Source: a virus
Taxonomy: Duplodnaviria; Caudoviricetes
Strand: one strand, 5' to 3'
Length of the DNA: 54,369 nucleotides
Virus record (IMG/VR): IMGVR_UViG_3300033148_002840
Location: 1 to 54,369 of that record
The notes below the pieces were generated by a model. It was not told where the DNA came from. It ran no database searches and was given only the letters and a program-made list of their open reading frames with translations. Made by a program: the position numbers and the translations under genes. Below, one piece after another: positions 36,257 through 46,403 of this stretch (its first letter is position 1; the number at the start of each line of letters is the position of its first letter).

Positions 36257-37177
36257 TTAAAGCTGCCCGATAGACTGTTGTTCGAGGGCGGCTCCTATCC
36301 TCACCGTTTGATCTGCTGACCACTTTGCGTACTCAGGGGAGACCTCCATTGAACCCTCCTTAAACATGGGAGGGGCCTTCTCCGTTTGGGGCGTGGTAGC
36401 AGGGCCAGCACCCATTGGAGAGGGAAGCACCGCGCCCGGAGGCGCCGGTGCCGCGGGGGTCGTACCTGATTGCCCGGTCAGGGCTTGGGAGATTCCAGTG
36501 AAATCCTGTTCAATTAAGGCGAGTCCTTGAGATAAAATTTCCGGGGATGGTTCCTCGTCTCCACACAATTCTGCTAGTTTTGACTGTAGCGCATTGATGA
36601 CCGGAGCGACAACTCCGCCACTTGCCATACGAGCAAGTGTCGGATAACGGGCGTTTCCTTCCGGGTCCTGTTCCTGTGAAACTATGGTTTGTACGGTTTG
36701 CTGTAGGAAACCCTGTTTGAAGTGCGCGAGCATGGGGAGCATTCCGCCCATCTGTTCCATGATGGATAGTTGCTCGGGGCTTAACTGCGGGCCTTCCGCG
36801 CTAGGAGTGGCTTCCTCCGGGGGCGTCTCCCCAATAGCGCTCTGCGCCATCTTTCGGGTGAGTTCCGCAACAGCATCGGGGTCTCCTGACTGCAACTTTT
36901 GGAGCGCCGCGAGGCCATCCTTGCCACCAATGGCACGCAAAGTGTCGTGCGCTTCGATCATTTCGCGGATCGCTGCACTTTGCTGTGTGCCATCAGCCCC
37001 CGCCCAATTTACGGTATCAGATAGATTTAGGGGCTCCTGCTCTGGGGGCGCAGCCGCCGGGGAGGCGACAGGCGTCGAAGCAGGCGCCGGAGTGGCGGGT
37101 TCCTGTACTGGTACTGACGCTACATCCTGAATAGGGGGGGCATCCTGTACGTTAGGTTCCTGTGTGGGGTCTGCCAT
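36257..37177 (-). CDS. Scaffolding protein
   Basis: Acidic, P/A-rich; between portal and capsid. Confidence 0.65.
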   Translation of the reverse strand: MADPTQEPNVQDAPPIQDVASVPVQEPATPAPASTPVASPAAAPPEQEPLNLSDTVNWAGADGTQQSAAIREMIEAHDTLRAIGGKDGLAALQKLQSGDPDAVAELTRKMAQSAIGETPPEEATPSAEGPQLSPEQLSIMEQMGGMLPMLAHFKQGFLQQTVQTIVSQEQDPEGNARYPTLARMASGGVVAPVINALQSKLAELCGDEEPSPEILSQGLALIEQDFTGISQALTGQSGTTPAAPAPPGAVLPSPMGAGPATTPQTEKAPPMFKEGSMEVSPEYAKWSADQTVRIGAALEQQSIGQL

Positions 37178-37215
37178 TTCTCTCTCCTCCTCTTTCCTGT
37201 TAGATTATACTAGTG

Positions 37216-39081
37216 TTAAGCTTCCGCGGCAAGTTCCTCTCCGAGGGCTTCCGCATCTGACATTTCTGCGATTTCGTCAATGTCTGGACCGGCGGGGTCT
37301 CCTGACATTTCTATGGCATACTCGGTCATACGTTGCACAAAGGCCGCTTTTACCTCGGGAGCAGCAGCCAAATTGAACATGGGATCGGATACAAAGTCCT
37401 TGAATACACGGATCACACGGGGGACATCCACGAATTGTGGCATGGGTTCGGGGAGCTGTCCGGGTAGTTTCCAATCACCCGCGAGGACCTGGCATTCACT
37501 CATGGCGAGGATTTCAGAGTTGGTTATGAGGTCTACACCCGGTAAATTATAGTTGATGGCGGCCAGACCCCGACGGAATTCTATGGGGTCTATGGCTTGC
37601 GTATTGAGCATTCCGATGAGGTCCTGGACGGTGTCTTCTGTGGCGTCTGTCGTGATCGAACCGGGGAGAACCTGAGTTTCTTGGGAGGCTAATAGTTGCG
37701 GGGTTACGGACATCGTTAGCGGAAGATTAAAGGTGCCCAGGTAGCTCATTATGCGCTCATCTTTGGGGTCCCATTTGCGGGCGGCCATCTGGAGTACCAT
37801 TCTACTAAGGCCAGTAAGGACGTCGCTTACTTCACGGGCGGGCTGCGAGGAGGGAGCGCCGGTCTCACGTTTAAGGAGTTGGAGGCCAGCAAAAGAATCC
37901 ACGCGACCGGGGGCATCCCCTTCGGTGAGTTCGGGCTGGTTGGCCATGCGACGGATCATATCGGTAACGGTACCCATGAGAAGTTGGCCGCGAGGGCTCT
38001 GGCGAGCAGACGATACAGTATGGAAGGGTTGCGTGCTACCGAAGATGTTATGCGAGCGATATTGAACGACGGGGGATGGGTCGTTGCCCTTGAGGTCGTT
38101 CATTACGATGGAGCCCTCAGGCGCTAGTGTGAAGTTCTTTTCTTGGATGCGGGCACGAATCTCTAAGGAGAGTTGGCGATTGAGTTCACGGTTGAGTTGC
38201 GTGATCGGCCACACATAAGACATCCCGAACCAGTTATTTAGAGAGGGCGCGAAGCGGCCGGTAACTATGGGTAGCGCGCGCTCGTGTGGACTCTTCCAGT
38301 AGTCGAGTTGGCCAGCACGGGCGGCAAGCTGCTCGTGGACTACAATGGCCTCTTCACCTTGAGGGAAATCGGGGTTCGGTAGTGAGTAAAACCAATGTAC
38401 CCAGACGCCCTTCTTCAGTAGGGGGTGGTGGGACTCCCCGGAGCCGCTTACTGATGGGGAGCCGCCCTCGCCCTTTTCCAGCTTATCGGCAAGTTCTGGG
38501 AAGACCGCCTGTACCCAACTTTTTGGCATCACGCGGGAGCGAATGATTCCCGTCATGTCGTTATCTTGGAGGACACCACCGGGGACTGGGTAGAGTTCCC
38601 ACGCGGGGACGGCGCCAATTCGTATCTGTCCACGACCAGCCTCGGCGTTGGGGTCCCAAGAGATTTGGAAGGCCGCAGTCCCACAAACATGAAGAAACCG
38701 AATGAACGCACAGTACTCTCGTGGGAAGTTAATTGAGTCCTGTTCGATGAGGGACTTGAGGACGGCTTCTTGCATACGAGATGCAAAGATCGGCCCAGGT
38801 GCAAGATTTCTGGGACTGACCTTTATTTTAGGTGGAGATTGTATCCAACGGCTCAAGGCGCGAAGATAACGATTGTGGACCTCCATTATGATGGCGCGGA
38901 CCTCGCCGGGCTTGGGGTCTGCAAGACGGCGAACGGTTCGAGATTCCCGGCTTGCTTTTATCCAGTGGTCGCCATCGAGCATCGCAATGTTGACCTGCCA
39001 TTGGTGCTCGGGGTCCTTACGGGCAGCATAAGAGTCCCGTTGAGACTTCTTGACAAAGGTTACAAGGTCCTGATCGTTCAT
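37216..39081 (-). CDS. Portal protein
   Basis: 621 aa; LDGDHW, VCGTAAFQISWDP, WFGMSYVWPITQLNRELN, G..PGRV.S..GL..L. Confidence 0.85.
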   Translation of the reverse strand: MNDQDLVTFVKKSQRDSYAARKDPEHQWQVNIAMLDGDHWIKASRESRTVRRLADPKPGEVRAIIMEVHNRYLRALSRWIQSPPKIKVSPRNLAPGPIFASRMQEAVLKSLIEQDSINFPREYCAFIRFLHVCGTAAFQISWDPNAEAGRGQIRIGAVPAWELYPVPGGVLQDNDMTGIIRSRVMPKSWVQAVFPELADKLEKGEGGSPSVSGSGESHHPLLKKGVWVHWFYSLPNPDFPQGEEAIVVHEQLAARAGQLDYWKSPHERALPIVTGRFAPSLNNWFGMSYVWPITQLNRELNRQLSLEIRARIQEKNFTLAPEGSIVMNDLKGNDPSPVVQYRSHNIFGSTQPFHTVSSARQSPRGQLLMGTVTDMIRRMANQPELTEGDAPGRVDSFAGLQLLKRETGAPSSQPAREVSDVLTGLSRMVLQMAARKWDPKDERIMSYLGTFNLPLTMSVTPQLLASQETQVLPGSITTDATEDTVQDLIGMLNTQAIDPIEFRRGLAAINYNLPGVDLITNSEILAMSECQVLAGDWKLPGQLPEPMPQFVDVPRVIRVFKDFVSDPMFNLAAAPEVKAAFVQRMTEYAIEMSGDPAGPDIDEIAEMSDAEALGEELAAEA

Positions 39082-39362
39082 TTTGGTTCCACCGAGACTG
39101 GTTTGAACTCCGCGGCGAAGTCCTCCGGGGGACGGACCGAGAAGTTACCGGAGGCCGCACGAATCACCCAATAATCTTTTGTGGCGGAGTCAACACCATT
39201 AAGAGTAGCTACAAAGATGCTGCCCTCAAAACGGCCGCGAACGCCGTAGCTCGGCCACACTTTTTCGCCGAACTCGGCGCGGAGCATTAGTGCCGATTCT
39301 TCAGTTCCGGTGAACTGTAGGGCGACGATCTCGGCGCTCTCTTTTGGTTCGTAACTAGACAT
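39078..39362 (-). CDS. Conserved phage protein (A.QF..DYWVI..F...F.P type)
   Basis: Similar to 46686-46949. Confidence 0.7.
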   Translation of the reverse strand: MSSYEPKESAEIVALQFTGTEESALMLRAEFGEKVWPSYGVRGRFEGSIFVATLNGVDSATKDYWVIRAASGNFSVRPPEDFAAEFKPVSVEPK

Positions 39363-39537
39363 GTTTCTTTCCCCTTCTCCGTTGTTTAGCTCGGAGAGCC
39401 GCGTCAGCTAAAATGAACTCGCGGGCCACCTTTTGTGGGATACCGAGACGCTTAGCGAATGCCGGGTCGTGCGCGGCGGCTCTCATTGTACGAGCTTGTT
39501 TAGCGGACTTGGTTGGCAAGGCTTCTCTCCCCTCCAA
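39355..39537 (-). CDS. Small basic phage protein
   Basis: P.KSAKQARTMRAAAHDPAFAKRLGIPQKVAREF; start uncertain. Confidence 0.65.
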   Translation of the reverse strand: MEGREALPTKSAKQARTMRAAAHDPAFAKRLGIPQKVAREFILADAALRAKQRRRGKKHV

Positions 39538-39834
39538 CTACGGCATACTAATAGGTTCCCCGCCCGTGTCCACGGGCTCCTGTCCGATAGCGGGTTGAAT
39601 GTCGGTGGCCTGCTCTTCAGCGAGTGCCCGGATTCGCTCCTCAGAGATACGGTGCAGAAGCGCGGGGTCCGTAGTACTAGATGCTTGGACGAGGCGCTCG
39701 ATGGCGTTGCGTTGCCCCCGTTGCTCTTTGTAGACGTAGCCAACGAAGCCGAGCGCAATTATAATGAGACTAGCGGCTAACGAGGCGACTGCAATCCCTG
39801 CAACCACAAGTAAAATACCGGTAGTATCCATCAT
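39538..39834 (-). CDS. Membrane protein
   Basis: N-terminal TM segment; AGGAG RBS. Confidence 0.65.
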   Translation of the reverse strand: MMDTTGILLVVAGIAVASLAASLIIIALGFVGYVYKEQRGQRNAIERLVQASSTTDPALLHRISEERIRALAEEQATDIQPAIGQEPVDTGGEPISMP

Positions 39835-39841
39835 CTATCTC

Positions 39842-41656
39842 CTAGGGTAAGGATAGCGCGTCTTCTTGAACGCGACCCATAGAACGCTGTTTGCGGCGTT
39901 GGACGGCCGCATAATAGCCCACGTCTCCTGCATTATAGACGTGTACAGGGTTCAAGCCCATCGCTTCCATTTCCTCCTCTGTCGGGAGGTTATCGGGCTC
40001 CTTGGACTCCTCACGACCGAGACCAGCGCCAAGTGCCTCCAAAACATTTACGAGGGCATCCAGCATATCATCATGCGTTTGACCCAAGCTTTCCGCGGAG
40101 AAGGTCTGAATCTGTCGGATGAGGTCTTCTTGCCCGCGCGCCCTCAGTTTAATTCTATTCGCGTCAAACCGCCATTGCAAGCCCAAGATTCGGACGCCCT
40201 TGCCCATCGCTTTACCATAGTGCTCTAGGGTACGAATGGTGGGGACGTGATCCTTGCGGGCTCTGGCCTCCCGAATGTGGTCTTGTACGAGGTCTAGAGC
40301 GAGCTTTTGAAAGGCGTTGGTTTCTATGCCTAGGACTACAGCTTTGAAGCGGGCCGCAATCATCAAGGCACGGAGAAGGACGCGACCGGGGTGCTCACGT
40401 CCTCTCCAGGTATCTAGGACCCATAGGGTGTTATCGGCGTCAACGCCCCCTGTGATTATGGAGGAGTAGTCCGCGGTGGTCCGACGCGAGATGGCAAGGT
40501 CTACGCCCACACCAACCAGGAGACGTTCCTTCCAATCAGAATAGGACTCCTTTTTCTCGGTAAGGACATTAAAGGTGAAGCGTTTTTCGCCTTCGTCGAG
40601 GACGCGATAAGTGTGCCGAATGGGACGGAAATCAAGGGTGGAGGCCTCACCGCGAGCGGGCTCATTTTGGTATTCTGCGTAAAATGATGCCAGTCCGAAG
40701 CCCTGCACACGGCCATCCGGGGAGCCCCCTCCCATCATATAACGAATGTCTTTCATGGGGTAGCGATCTGGCCACGCAGATGTGTCCTCACCATCATCGC
40801 TTTTGGTAAGTAGCTTATAGATGCCAGTCGCGTATCCACTGAACCGCGTATCCTCATGGTGGACTACCCGATAGAGAAGAGCCCTGGGGACCAGCAGAGT
40901 GCCAATCCAAGACAGATGGCAGCTAGTTGAAACAATTGGCAGGAAAGTCTGAAAGAACCAATGATCGAACTTGGCTAAGAGGGCATCGCTGCTAACGCCC
41001 TCATCGCGCTCGGGATCATCGAGGATGGCCCATGTTGTACGCAGGCCACGTTGGTGGGAGCCAACCGAGAAGTTCTGTACGAGCGCTCGGTTGGGTAGTT
41101 CTAAGCGGCCAGGGCTCCAAGCTCTACCGGAGAAACGCTTAGCTTTGAGGCGACCCATATCGGGCTCGAAATCACGCATGAGAAGTTCATTTTCCTCGAA
41201 CTGTAGCTGCATGGAGGCCATACGGAGGTTTCCGAGGCGTTCATTTGACATTACAAGGAGGACTTCAGTTCGCGGGCGGGAAAGCATCAGGAACATTGGC
41301 AGTCGCCAGCTAAACTTTGTGCTCTTTGCGGAGTCACGAAAACCTGCGATCGCAGAGCGGTAGCGTGATGAGATCAACAGGTCCCACTCATGGTGCATGG
41401 GAGCGTTCTTAAAGGTATAGAGGTGTTTGTTTCCGGACCACCCTTTGAGGTAGTATTCCTCGAACCAATTGAGGCAGAGCGCAAAGAGATTGGGGTTAGC
41501 TATACGCAAGAATGGGGAGTCTAAGTCCGCCCAGAGTGAGCAGGCGGCGACACGGGCCTGCCGACGGCCGTCCGCGGTCAGGTGCGGGTAGTCATCAGGC
41601 AGTGGAAAGAGGTCGCCCTTAGTTCTATGAACTTTTTGTGTCTGGGGGGTCGTCAC
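39842..41656 (-). CDS. terL: Terminase large subunit
   Basis: FRDSAKST, RGLR, ILDDPE, IGT, AEYQNEP, GVDLAIS..ADYS, HDDMLDAL. Confidence 0.92.
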   Translation of the reverse strand: MTTPQTQKVHRTKGDLFPLPDDYPHLTADGRRQARVAACSLWADLDSPFLRIANPNLFALCLNWFEEYYLKGWSGNKHLYTFKNAPMHHEWDLLISSRYRSAIAGFRDSAKSTKFSWRLPMFLMLSRPRTEVLLVMSNERLGNLRMASMQLQFEENELLMRDFEPDMGRLKAKRFSGRAWSPGRLELPNRALVQNFSVGSHQRGLRTTWAILDDPERDEGVSSDALLAKFDHWFFQTFLPIVSTSCHLSWIGTLLVPRALLYRVVHHEDTRFSGYATGIYKLLTKSDDGEDTSAWPDRYPMKDIRYMMGGGSPDGRVQGFGLASFYAEYQNEPARGEASTLDFRPIRHTYRVLDEGEKRFTFNVLTEKKESYSDWKERLLVGVGVDLAISRRTTADYSSIITGGVDADNTLWVLDTWRGREHPGRVLLRALMIAARFKAVVLGIETNAFQKLALDLVQDHIREARARKDHVPTIRTLEHYGKAMGKGVRILGLQWRFDANRIKLRARGQEDLIRQIQTFSAESLGQTHDDMLDALVNVLEALGAGLGREESKEPDNLPTEEEMEAMGLNPVHVYNAGDVGYYAAVQRRKQRSMGRVQEDALSLP

Positions 41657-41939
41657 TAGGGTCGTCCTCTAGGGTTCCTATGCTATCGCGCATTCGATTA
41701 ACGCCGGGCTCAATAGGGTCTGGAAAGATGTCGAAGTCAATTAGCGTCATAATGTCACTTTTGGCAACGCGGAGGATATCATCGGCCTCGAATAGATTGC
41801 CGCCGTCCGGGTCTTGCAGGAGGCCGCCACTTCTCGCTAGCGTCATATCGCCAAGAGTTTCCGCTAGAACGATGCCCACTGCCCATTTTGTGCGGCCGTC
41901 CGGTTGCCCGACTCTAGCCACTCGGAGTTTCATCGCCAT
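41625..41939 (-). CDS. Hypothetical protein
   Basis: AAGGAG RBS. Confidence 0.65.
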   Translation of the reverse strand: MAMKLRVARVGQPDGRTKWAVGIVLAETLGDMTLARSGGLLQDPDGGNLFEADDILRVAKSDIMTLIDFDIFPDPIEPGVNRMRDSIGTLEDDPSDDPPDTKSS

Positions 41940-42204
41940 CAGTTGACTCCTTACTAGTCGTACGTTTAACCGGCGAAGGGACTGTTGGCTTCCGGGATAC
42001 TGGTGGCTTCACCTTGGGGGCATCATCCTTCATCAAGCGCTCAATAGCAGCCAATACCACAATACCGGGGAGCATTAAGGCCGCAGTCCGTTCTGGCTCG
42101 GGTACATTCGGTAGTACATACTTATCTAAGAAGCGTTCGAAGCTAGTCGGCGTCAACTTCTGCGGATTCGACATCAATGATAGGAGTCTCTTCTCCAGGT
42201 CCAT
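41914..42204 (-). CDS. Hypothetical protein (start uncertain)
   Basis: Fills the operon gap. Confidence 0.5.
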   Translation of the reverse strand: MDLEKRLLSLMSNPQKLTPTSFERFLDKYVLPNVPEPERTAALMLPGIVVLAAIERLMKDDAPKVKPPVSRKPTVPSPVKRTTSKESTDGDETPSG

Positions 42205-42829
42205 TATCGTCTGGGCTGACTTGCCCCCCTGACCTCCCGCCAGTAGGCGGAACGAGAACCCGACTAGCCTCGACCATCCTGCTCCGAACTGACCCCGGAA
42301 GCTCTGGCGAACTAAGTCCTGTATTCGTTTGTTTTCTAACACGGGCGGTTATCTCCTTTATTTCGATTACCATATCGTCCATAGCGCGGCGTTCCCCGAC
42401 AGCGAGCCGGAGACTATCGCGCATTGCTTTGCTGCTGGACATTCCAACAGCCGCTAATTTTGTTTGATTGACTGTACGCATCGCGGCCATCGCGGAGCGT
42501 GGGTCCTCCTCCCAATTCTCGATAATGCCCTTGAGGACGCCCATCATATAGAGAGCAGAGAGTTTGTTACGTTTGCAGGCCGCTTCAATGACCAGTGGAT
42601 TGAAGGAGTTTTGGAGGCGATCAGCCGCCAGTTGCTCAAGTTTGGTAACTGCATCCGGTGGAAGGGGCTTCCCCTCTACGATGACCGCATCGTCGCCCTC
42701 GTAGGCCTCTAGCCGCTTTACGAGCTCAACTACGGCCGTGGGGTCCTTCAGCGTCACAGATGGAATGTAGAGGTTCCCAGGGGGGTCCTTGGCGATCGGA
42801 GCAATATCTATGGATTTCTTGGCTGCCAT
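42143..42829 (-). CDS. Possible terminase small subunit
   Basis: First gene of the packaging operon; helical with a low-complexity tail ending IIDVE. Confidence 0.45.
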   Translation of the reverse strand: MAAKKSIDIAPIAKDPPGNLYIPSVTLKDPTAVVELVKRLEAYEGDDAVIVEGKPLPPDAVTKLEQLAADRLQNSFNPLVIEAACKRNKLSALYMMGVLKGIIENWEEDPRSAMAAMRTVNQTKLAAVGMSSSKAMRDSLRLAVGERRAMDDMVIEIKEITARVRKQTNTGLSSPELPGSVRSRMVEASRVLVPPTGGRSGGQVSPDDNGPGEETPIIDVESAEVDAD

Positions 42830-42952
42830 CAGTAAATCGTACCCCAAAATGCACTCGAAAGCAACTCCATTCCAGTCGTTTTATACATTACTCGCATGTC
42901 TTAAACCCCCTATAATCGTCTAAAAACGGCACCCAATTTCAGAAAAAAAGCC

Positions 42953-42981
42953 CGTAACCCCCTTCTGCTCAAGGGGTTACG
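42953..42981. promoter_or_regulatory. Palindromic IHF-like site
   Basis: CG-TAA-cccc-CTT-ctgct-CAA-gggg-TTA-CG. Confidence 0.5.
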
Positions 42982-43200
42982 CAAAAACAGTACTTTCCTT
43001 TTCACAAAACTAGGGGGGGTAGGGTAGGGCGGGCGGCCTATATACTCCCCCACTCCCCCATCCCTCCCTAATATCCTGAAAAGGATGGTGGGTGAATCGT
43101 TGTAAACACTTGTGGACACTGGAGTTATGGATTTTTAGATCATTTGCGATGGCCGTTTCTAGGCTCTGGTGGGGGGATTTCGGACTAGCTAGCATTAAAC

Positions 43201-43815
43201 TCATGGCCTCCACTCTCGGCTGTACCCAAAGGTATTGAAATCTTCGTCGCACCACTCACGGATGAGAGCGGCACGCTCCTCATTCATGTAGTGTGTCCAG
43301 GACTTTCTTGCATGAGAAGGATTCGACACGGGAACTTTAATGTCTGGCTGCCAAAATGGCAACGTTATAAGGTCCCTCTCTAGAGACTCCAAGCGCAGCG
43401 TTCTGTCGAGTTTAACATCGCGCAGCCATCGCGTTTGCGTGATCGCAAGATGTCGCCCTACAAGCATATGAGGTTTAGTCAACAAGAAGTGTAAAAACTT
43501 CGTGAAATCCGTGGTGCCTAATTCCACGTAACAATACTTCTGTTTGAGGGTCTTTGTCGGGTCTACGGTTGTTGACCACCAAAGGGAGACCGCGCGAGCA
43601 TAGGGATTCCGCACAATTGACCATGTAAAGAGGTCGCGGTACTCCTTGGGCACTACATTAGAGTGGAATGGCCTTGGGCGAGAGCCTTTTTTTAGTACCC
43701 CATTTACCAAAAAGTAGCCATCCGGGAACACCTTGGGGAGTAGCTCCCACATACTATTGGTGGCACATTTGGTCGTGGAGACGAATACGAATTTATCGTG
43801 TGGGCTAATAAACAT
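43201..43815 (-). CDS. Sulfotransferase family 2 protein
   Basis: FVFVSTTKCATNS (5'-PSB-like), SIVRNPYARAVSLW (3'-PB-like), RLESLERD, EDFNTFGY. Confidence 0.85.
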   Translation of the reverse strand: MFISPHDKFVFVSTTKCATNSMWELLPKVFPDGYFLVNGVLKKGSRPRPFHSNVVPKEYRDLFTWSIVRNPYARAVSLWWSTTVDPTKTLKQKYCYVELGTTDFTKFLHFLLTKPHMLVGRHLAITQTRWLRDVKLDRTLRLESLERDLITLPFWQPDIKVPVSNPSHARKSWTHYMNEERAALIREWCDEDFNTFGYSREWRP

Positions 43816-43816
43816 A

Positions 43817-44395
43817 TTAGGGTCTCACAAAAAACCAGGTCATTGTCTCTGGGGGGCCGAGAAGCAGAGAACCAGGGTTGTTAGAGAGATATTTTTCTAC
43901 TGCTTGCCGGACACGCCAATTAAAGGTCTTGGCGTGTCTACGGGGGTTGTCTATATCGTGTCCACAAACCACGCCACCATGTTTTACCTTTGGAGTCCAT
44001 ACTTGAATGTCACTGAGAACTTCAGGATATTGGTGCCCGGCGTCAATAAATACGAAATCGAAGAAATCAAGGGGAAAATCTTTTGCCGCAAGTAGGGAAG
44101 GCTTTTTAACTACGGAGCGTCTATTGCTAAATGGTGATGTTTTATCTAGGGCTTCTCGGTGCACTTTATCCCACCACTTTTGTGGGCGGAACCCCTCTCG
44201 CAATTCACAATCTAATGTTTGATTGGTTTTCCACGTATCAACCATTACAAGATGTAAATTTGCAAAAGTGGTAAGGAGCCACTTGGATAATGCACCACGG
44301 TAGACGCCTATCTCAGCAGCATTTCGCACATCTTTTGGCGCCCAATTAAGGTGATCTTTGATGGCGTGCGCTACATCTTCTTGCGGCGTAGTCAT
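43817..44395 (-). CDS. Class I SAM methyltransferase (Methyltransf_24)
   Basis: AEIGVYRG, VDTW, FDFVFIDAGH.Y, VKHGGVVCGHD. Confidence 0.88.
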   Translation of the reverse strand: MTTPQEDVAHAIKDHLNWAPKDVRNAAEIGVYRGALSKWLLTTFANLHLVMVDTWKTNQTLDCELREGFRPQKWWDKVHREALDKTSPFSNRRSVVKKPSLLAAKDFPLDFFDFVFIDAGHQYPEVLSDIQVWTPKVKHGGVVCGHDIDNPRRHAKTFNWRVRQAVEKYLSNNPGSLLLGPPETMTWFFVRP

Positions 44396-44397
44396 TA

Positions 44398-45723
44398 TTA
44401 TACTTTCCTCCCGCTACTGCCTTCGATGCCCCACAGGTGGACGGCATAGGGGTCTTTCTTTCCAAGCATCTCTATACGGGCGGCTTCGGGCGCTTTCCAA
44501 AAGGCCCGCGCTTTCTCACGTTCCCGCCAGGACCACGGATAAAAATAACTCCACGGTAGGATGCGCATATCACTATCGCCGTTTTCTGTAAAGAGTCCAG
44601 TTAGCATACTTGGTCCGAAGCGTGTGCGAGGGCGGCGCTCCGTCTCCGGCGTTATCTTCGGTATTCTGGCAAGGCACCGCATGAACGCATTACTGTGGCG
44701 AATAGCACCCATACACCCATTGGTTAGCTTCTTAGAGCCCTCGTGGAGTGTAGTCCAGGCAGGTCCCTTCTTGCGCAGCGGATCAAAACTTTTACGTGTT
44801 ATAAGATCAGTATTGAGGGTGACACCACCATAATGATAGAGTAGCCAACAGTATAAGATATCGGCGCGTTGACAAAGTTGTTCACAACTAGACCATGCGG
44901 GGACCAAATCATCCTGAAATGTTGGGGGGCGCCCCGTCCACAGATTGATCTTCCAACGAGGATTATGCGCTCGAAAGGCGTCCATAATACCTTGAAGCCA
45001 ATTGGGTTTAGGCCCCAACCACACAAAGTGCGCGATCCGTGGTATAATGTTGGGTAAATCGGCGTCCTGAACGTACGTGTAGTCAATGTCTAATAGTTTG
45101 CACTCTTCTTCTTGCAGGTTGCGGAGTTCTGGAAAGATACCTTGCCCTCGACCACTGGATAGTATGGACAATCGGGGATCATAGGGACTTCCTAGTTTAG
45201 AAGGAGTGTTTCCGTCGCACCCAATGTACACGATCTCGGAGGCGCCACAAATCCACGCGAAATGTGTGGCTAGATGACACACGCTTCCGGCCTTATATAA
45301 TGACCCGGACACAGCCGCTTCCTCTCTAGAGAGTTTGAGTAGACTTTTATCCTTGTATCCACTCCAATCATATCCAACGATTGTGCCATGTTCAGTGGGA
45401 TTGAGGTCCCGCGCGAAGATACGACCTCGATTGTGAATGTGTTCGATGCCTGCTGGCGGGTTCTTGGTCGGTCCCTGGGGTAAGACAAGTGTACTCGTTC
45501 TATTCGATGTGAGGAGCACCTTCATGGATTTGTGGGCCGTTACCAAGAAAGTCTCAATGGATTTAGTCACCTTATCTTCTAGGAGGACAGCATCATTCAA
45601 GAAGATGATGGGGTCCGTTATCTTCGTTAGGTTCTCATAGTCGTAGGGGGTAATGCCCTTACCCACAATTATGAATCGGTAACCAGCGTACTTATTGAGA
45701 TAATCTTTGAGAGTTAGCATCAT
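44398..45723 (-). CDS. DUF115/Maf-like domain fused to a GT32 glycosyltransferase
   Basis: FIIVGKG, FLND, EIVYIGCD; IPRIAHFVWLG, ADIL..WLLYHYGGV.L.TD. Confidence 0.82.
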   Translation of the reverse strand: MMLTLKDYLNKYAGYRFIIVGKGITPYDYENLTKITDPIIFLNDAVLLEDKVTKSIETFLVTAHKSMKVLLTSNRTSTLVLPQGPTKNPPAGIEHIHNRGRIFARDLNPTEHGTIVGYDWSGYKDKSLLKLSREEAAVSGSLYKAGSVCHLATHFAWICGASEIVYIGCDGNTPSKLGSPYDPRLSILSSGRGQGIFPELRNLQEEECKLLDIDYTYVQDADLPNIIPRIAHFVWLGPKPNWLQGIMDAFRAHNPRWKINLWTGRPPTFQDDLVPAWSSCEQLCQRADILYCWLLYHYGGVTLNTDLITRKSFDPLRKKGPAWTTLHEGSKKLTNGCMGAIRHSNAFMRCLARIPKITPETERRPRTRFGPSMLTGLFTENGDSDMRILPWSYFYPWSWREREKARAFWKAPEAARIEMLGKKDPYAVHLWGIEGSSGRKV

Positions 45724-46403
45724 TCACTCGCTCTTGGGGCGCCAACTTCACGAAAAGTCTTAAATAGGTGCAGCCCAAATGGGGGAACCCCATCTACCCA
45801 CTTGGATTTAGTGCTATCTAGAAGGATTTTGCGCTCCGTTAGGGATGCTTTCCAAAACTTCCTACAGTCTTCAGGCTCCGGTAAAACATTGAAATAGTGT
45901 GCGGGGAGAAGCTCCATCATTCCATGAGAGCAGCAGTAGTGTACTAGCCGGGCACCCCTCCCTGTATGGTGTTTGGATAGTTGCTCCTCACGCTTCATGT
46001 AGACATCAACCAAGAATCTGAAGGCCGCGCATCCCTGTTGCCCACCTAAGACGCCATTATAACAGGCGTTCTTAGTTTGATGCCAGGCATAGGTAAACGC
46101 CGTGTACTTCAATAGCGGGTTGAATGATCGGAAGGTTATCACATCGGAGTCAACATAGACGCCGCCGTAAGTCGAAAGCAACCAATATCGTATTATGTTA
46201 CTCTTCTTTGAGAAGATGGGGTTTTCATCACACCGACAGCGGAGGGCCGTTGGGAACCTGTCAGGAACGTCCTCCCACAATTTTACTTCCCAATCGGGGT
46301 GAAATTGTCGAAAGGTCTCCATGTTCGCGGTCGCCCATGCAGGGGGTGGCGACCCCAACCAGATGAAGTGACATAGTTTTGGGATCATTCTAAGGGTCCC
46401 CAC
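45720..46403 (-). CDS. GT32 (DXD) glycosyltransferase
   Basis: MIPKLCHFIWLG, HPDWEVKLW, IIRYWLL..YGGVYVDSD. Confidence 0.9.
   Translation of the reverse strand: MGTLRMIPKLCHFIWLGSPPPAWATANMETFRQFHPDWEVKLWEDVPDRFPTALRCRCDENPIFSKKSNIIRYWLLSTYGGVYVDSDVITFRSFNPLLKYTAFTYAWHQTKNACYNGVLGGQQGCAAFRFLVDVYMKREEQLSKHHTGRGARLVHYCCSHGMMELLPAHYFNVLPEPEDCRKFWKASLTERKILLDSTKSKWVDGVPPFGLHLFKTFREVGAPRASE

Noticed and set aside
5144-41656. Stop-codon reassignment, introns or inteins in core genes
   Set aside because: Polymerase, terminase, portal and capsid ORFs are intact and of normal length under the standard code.
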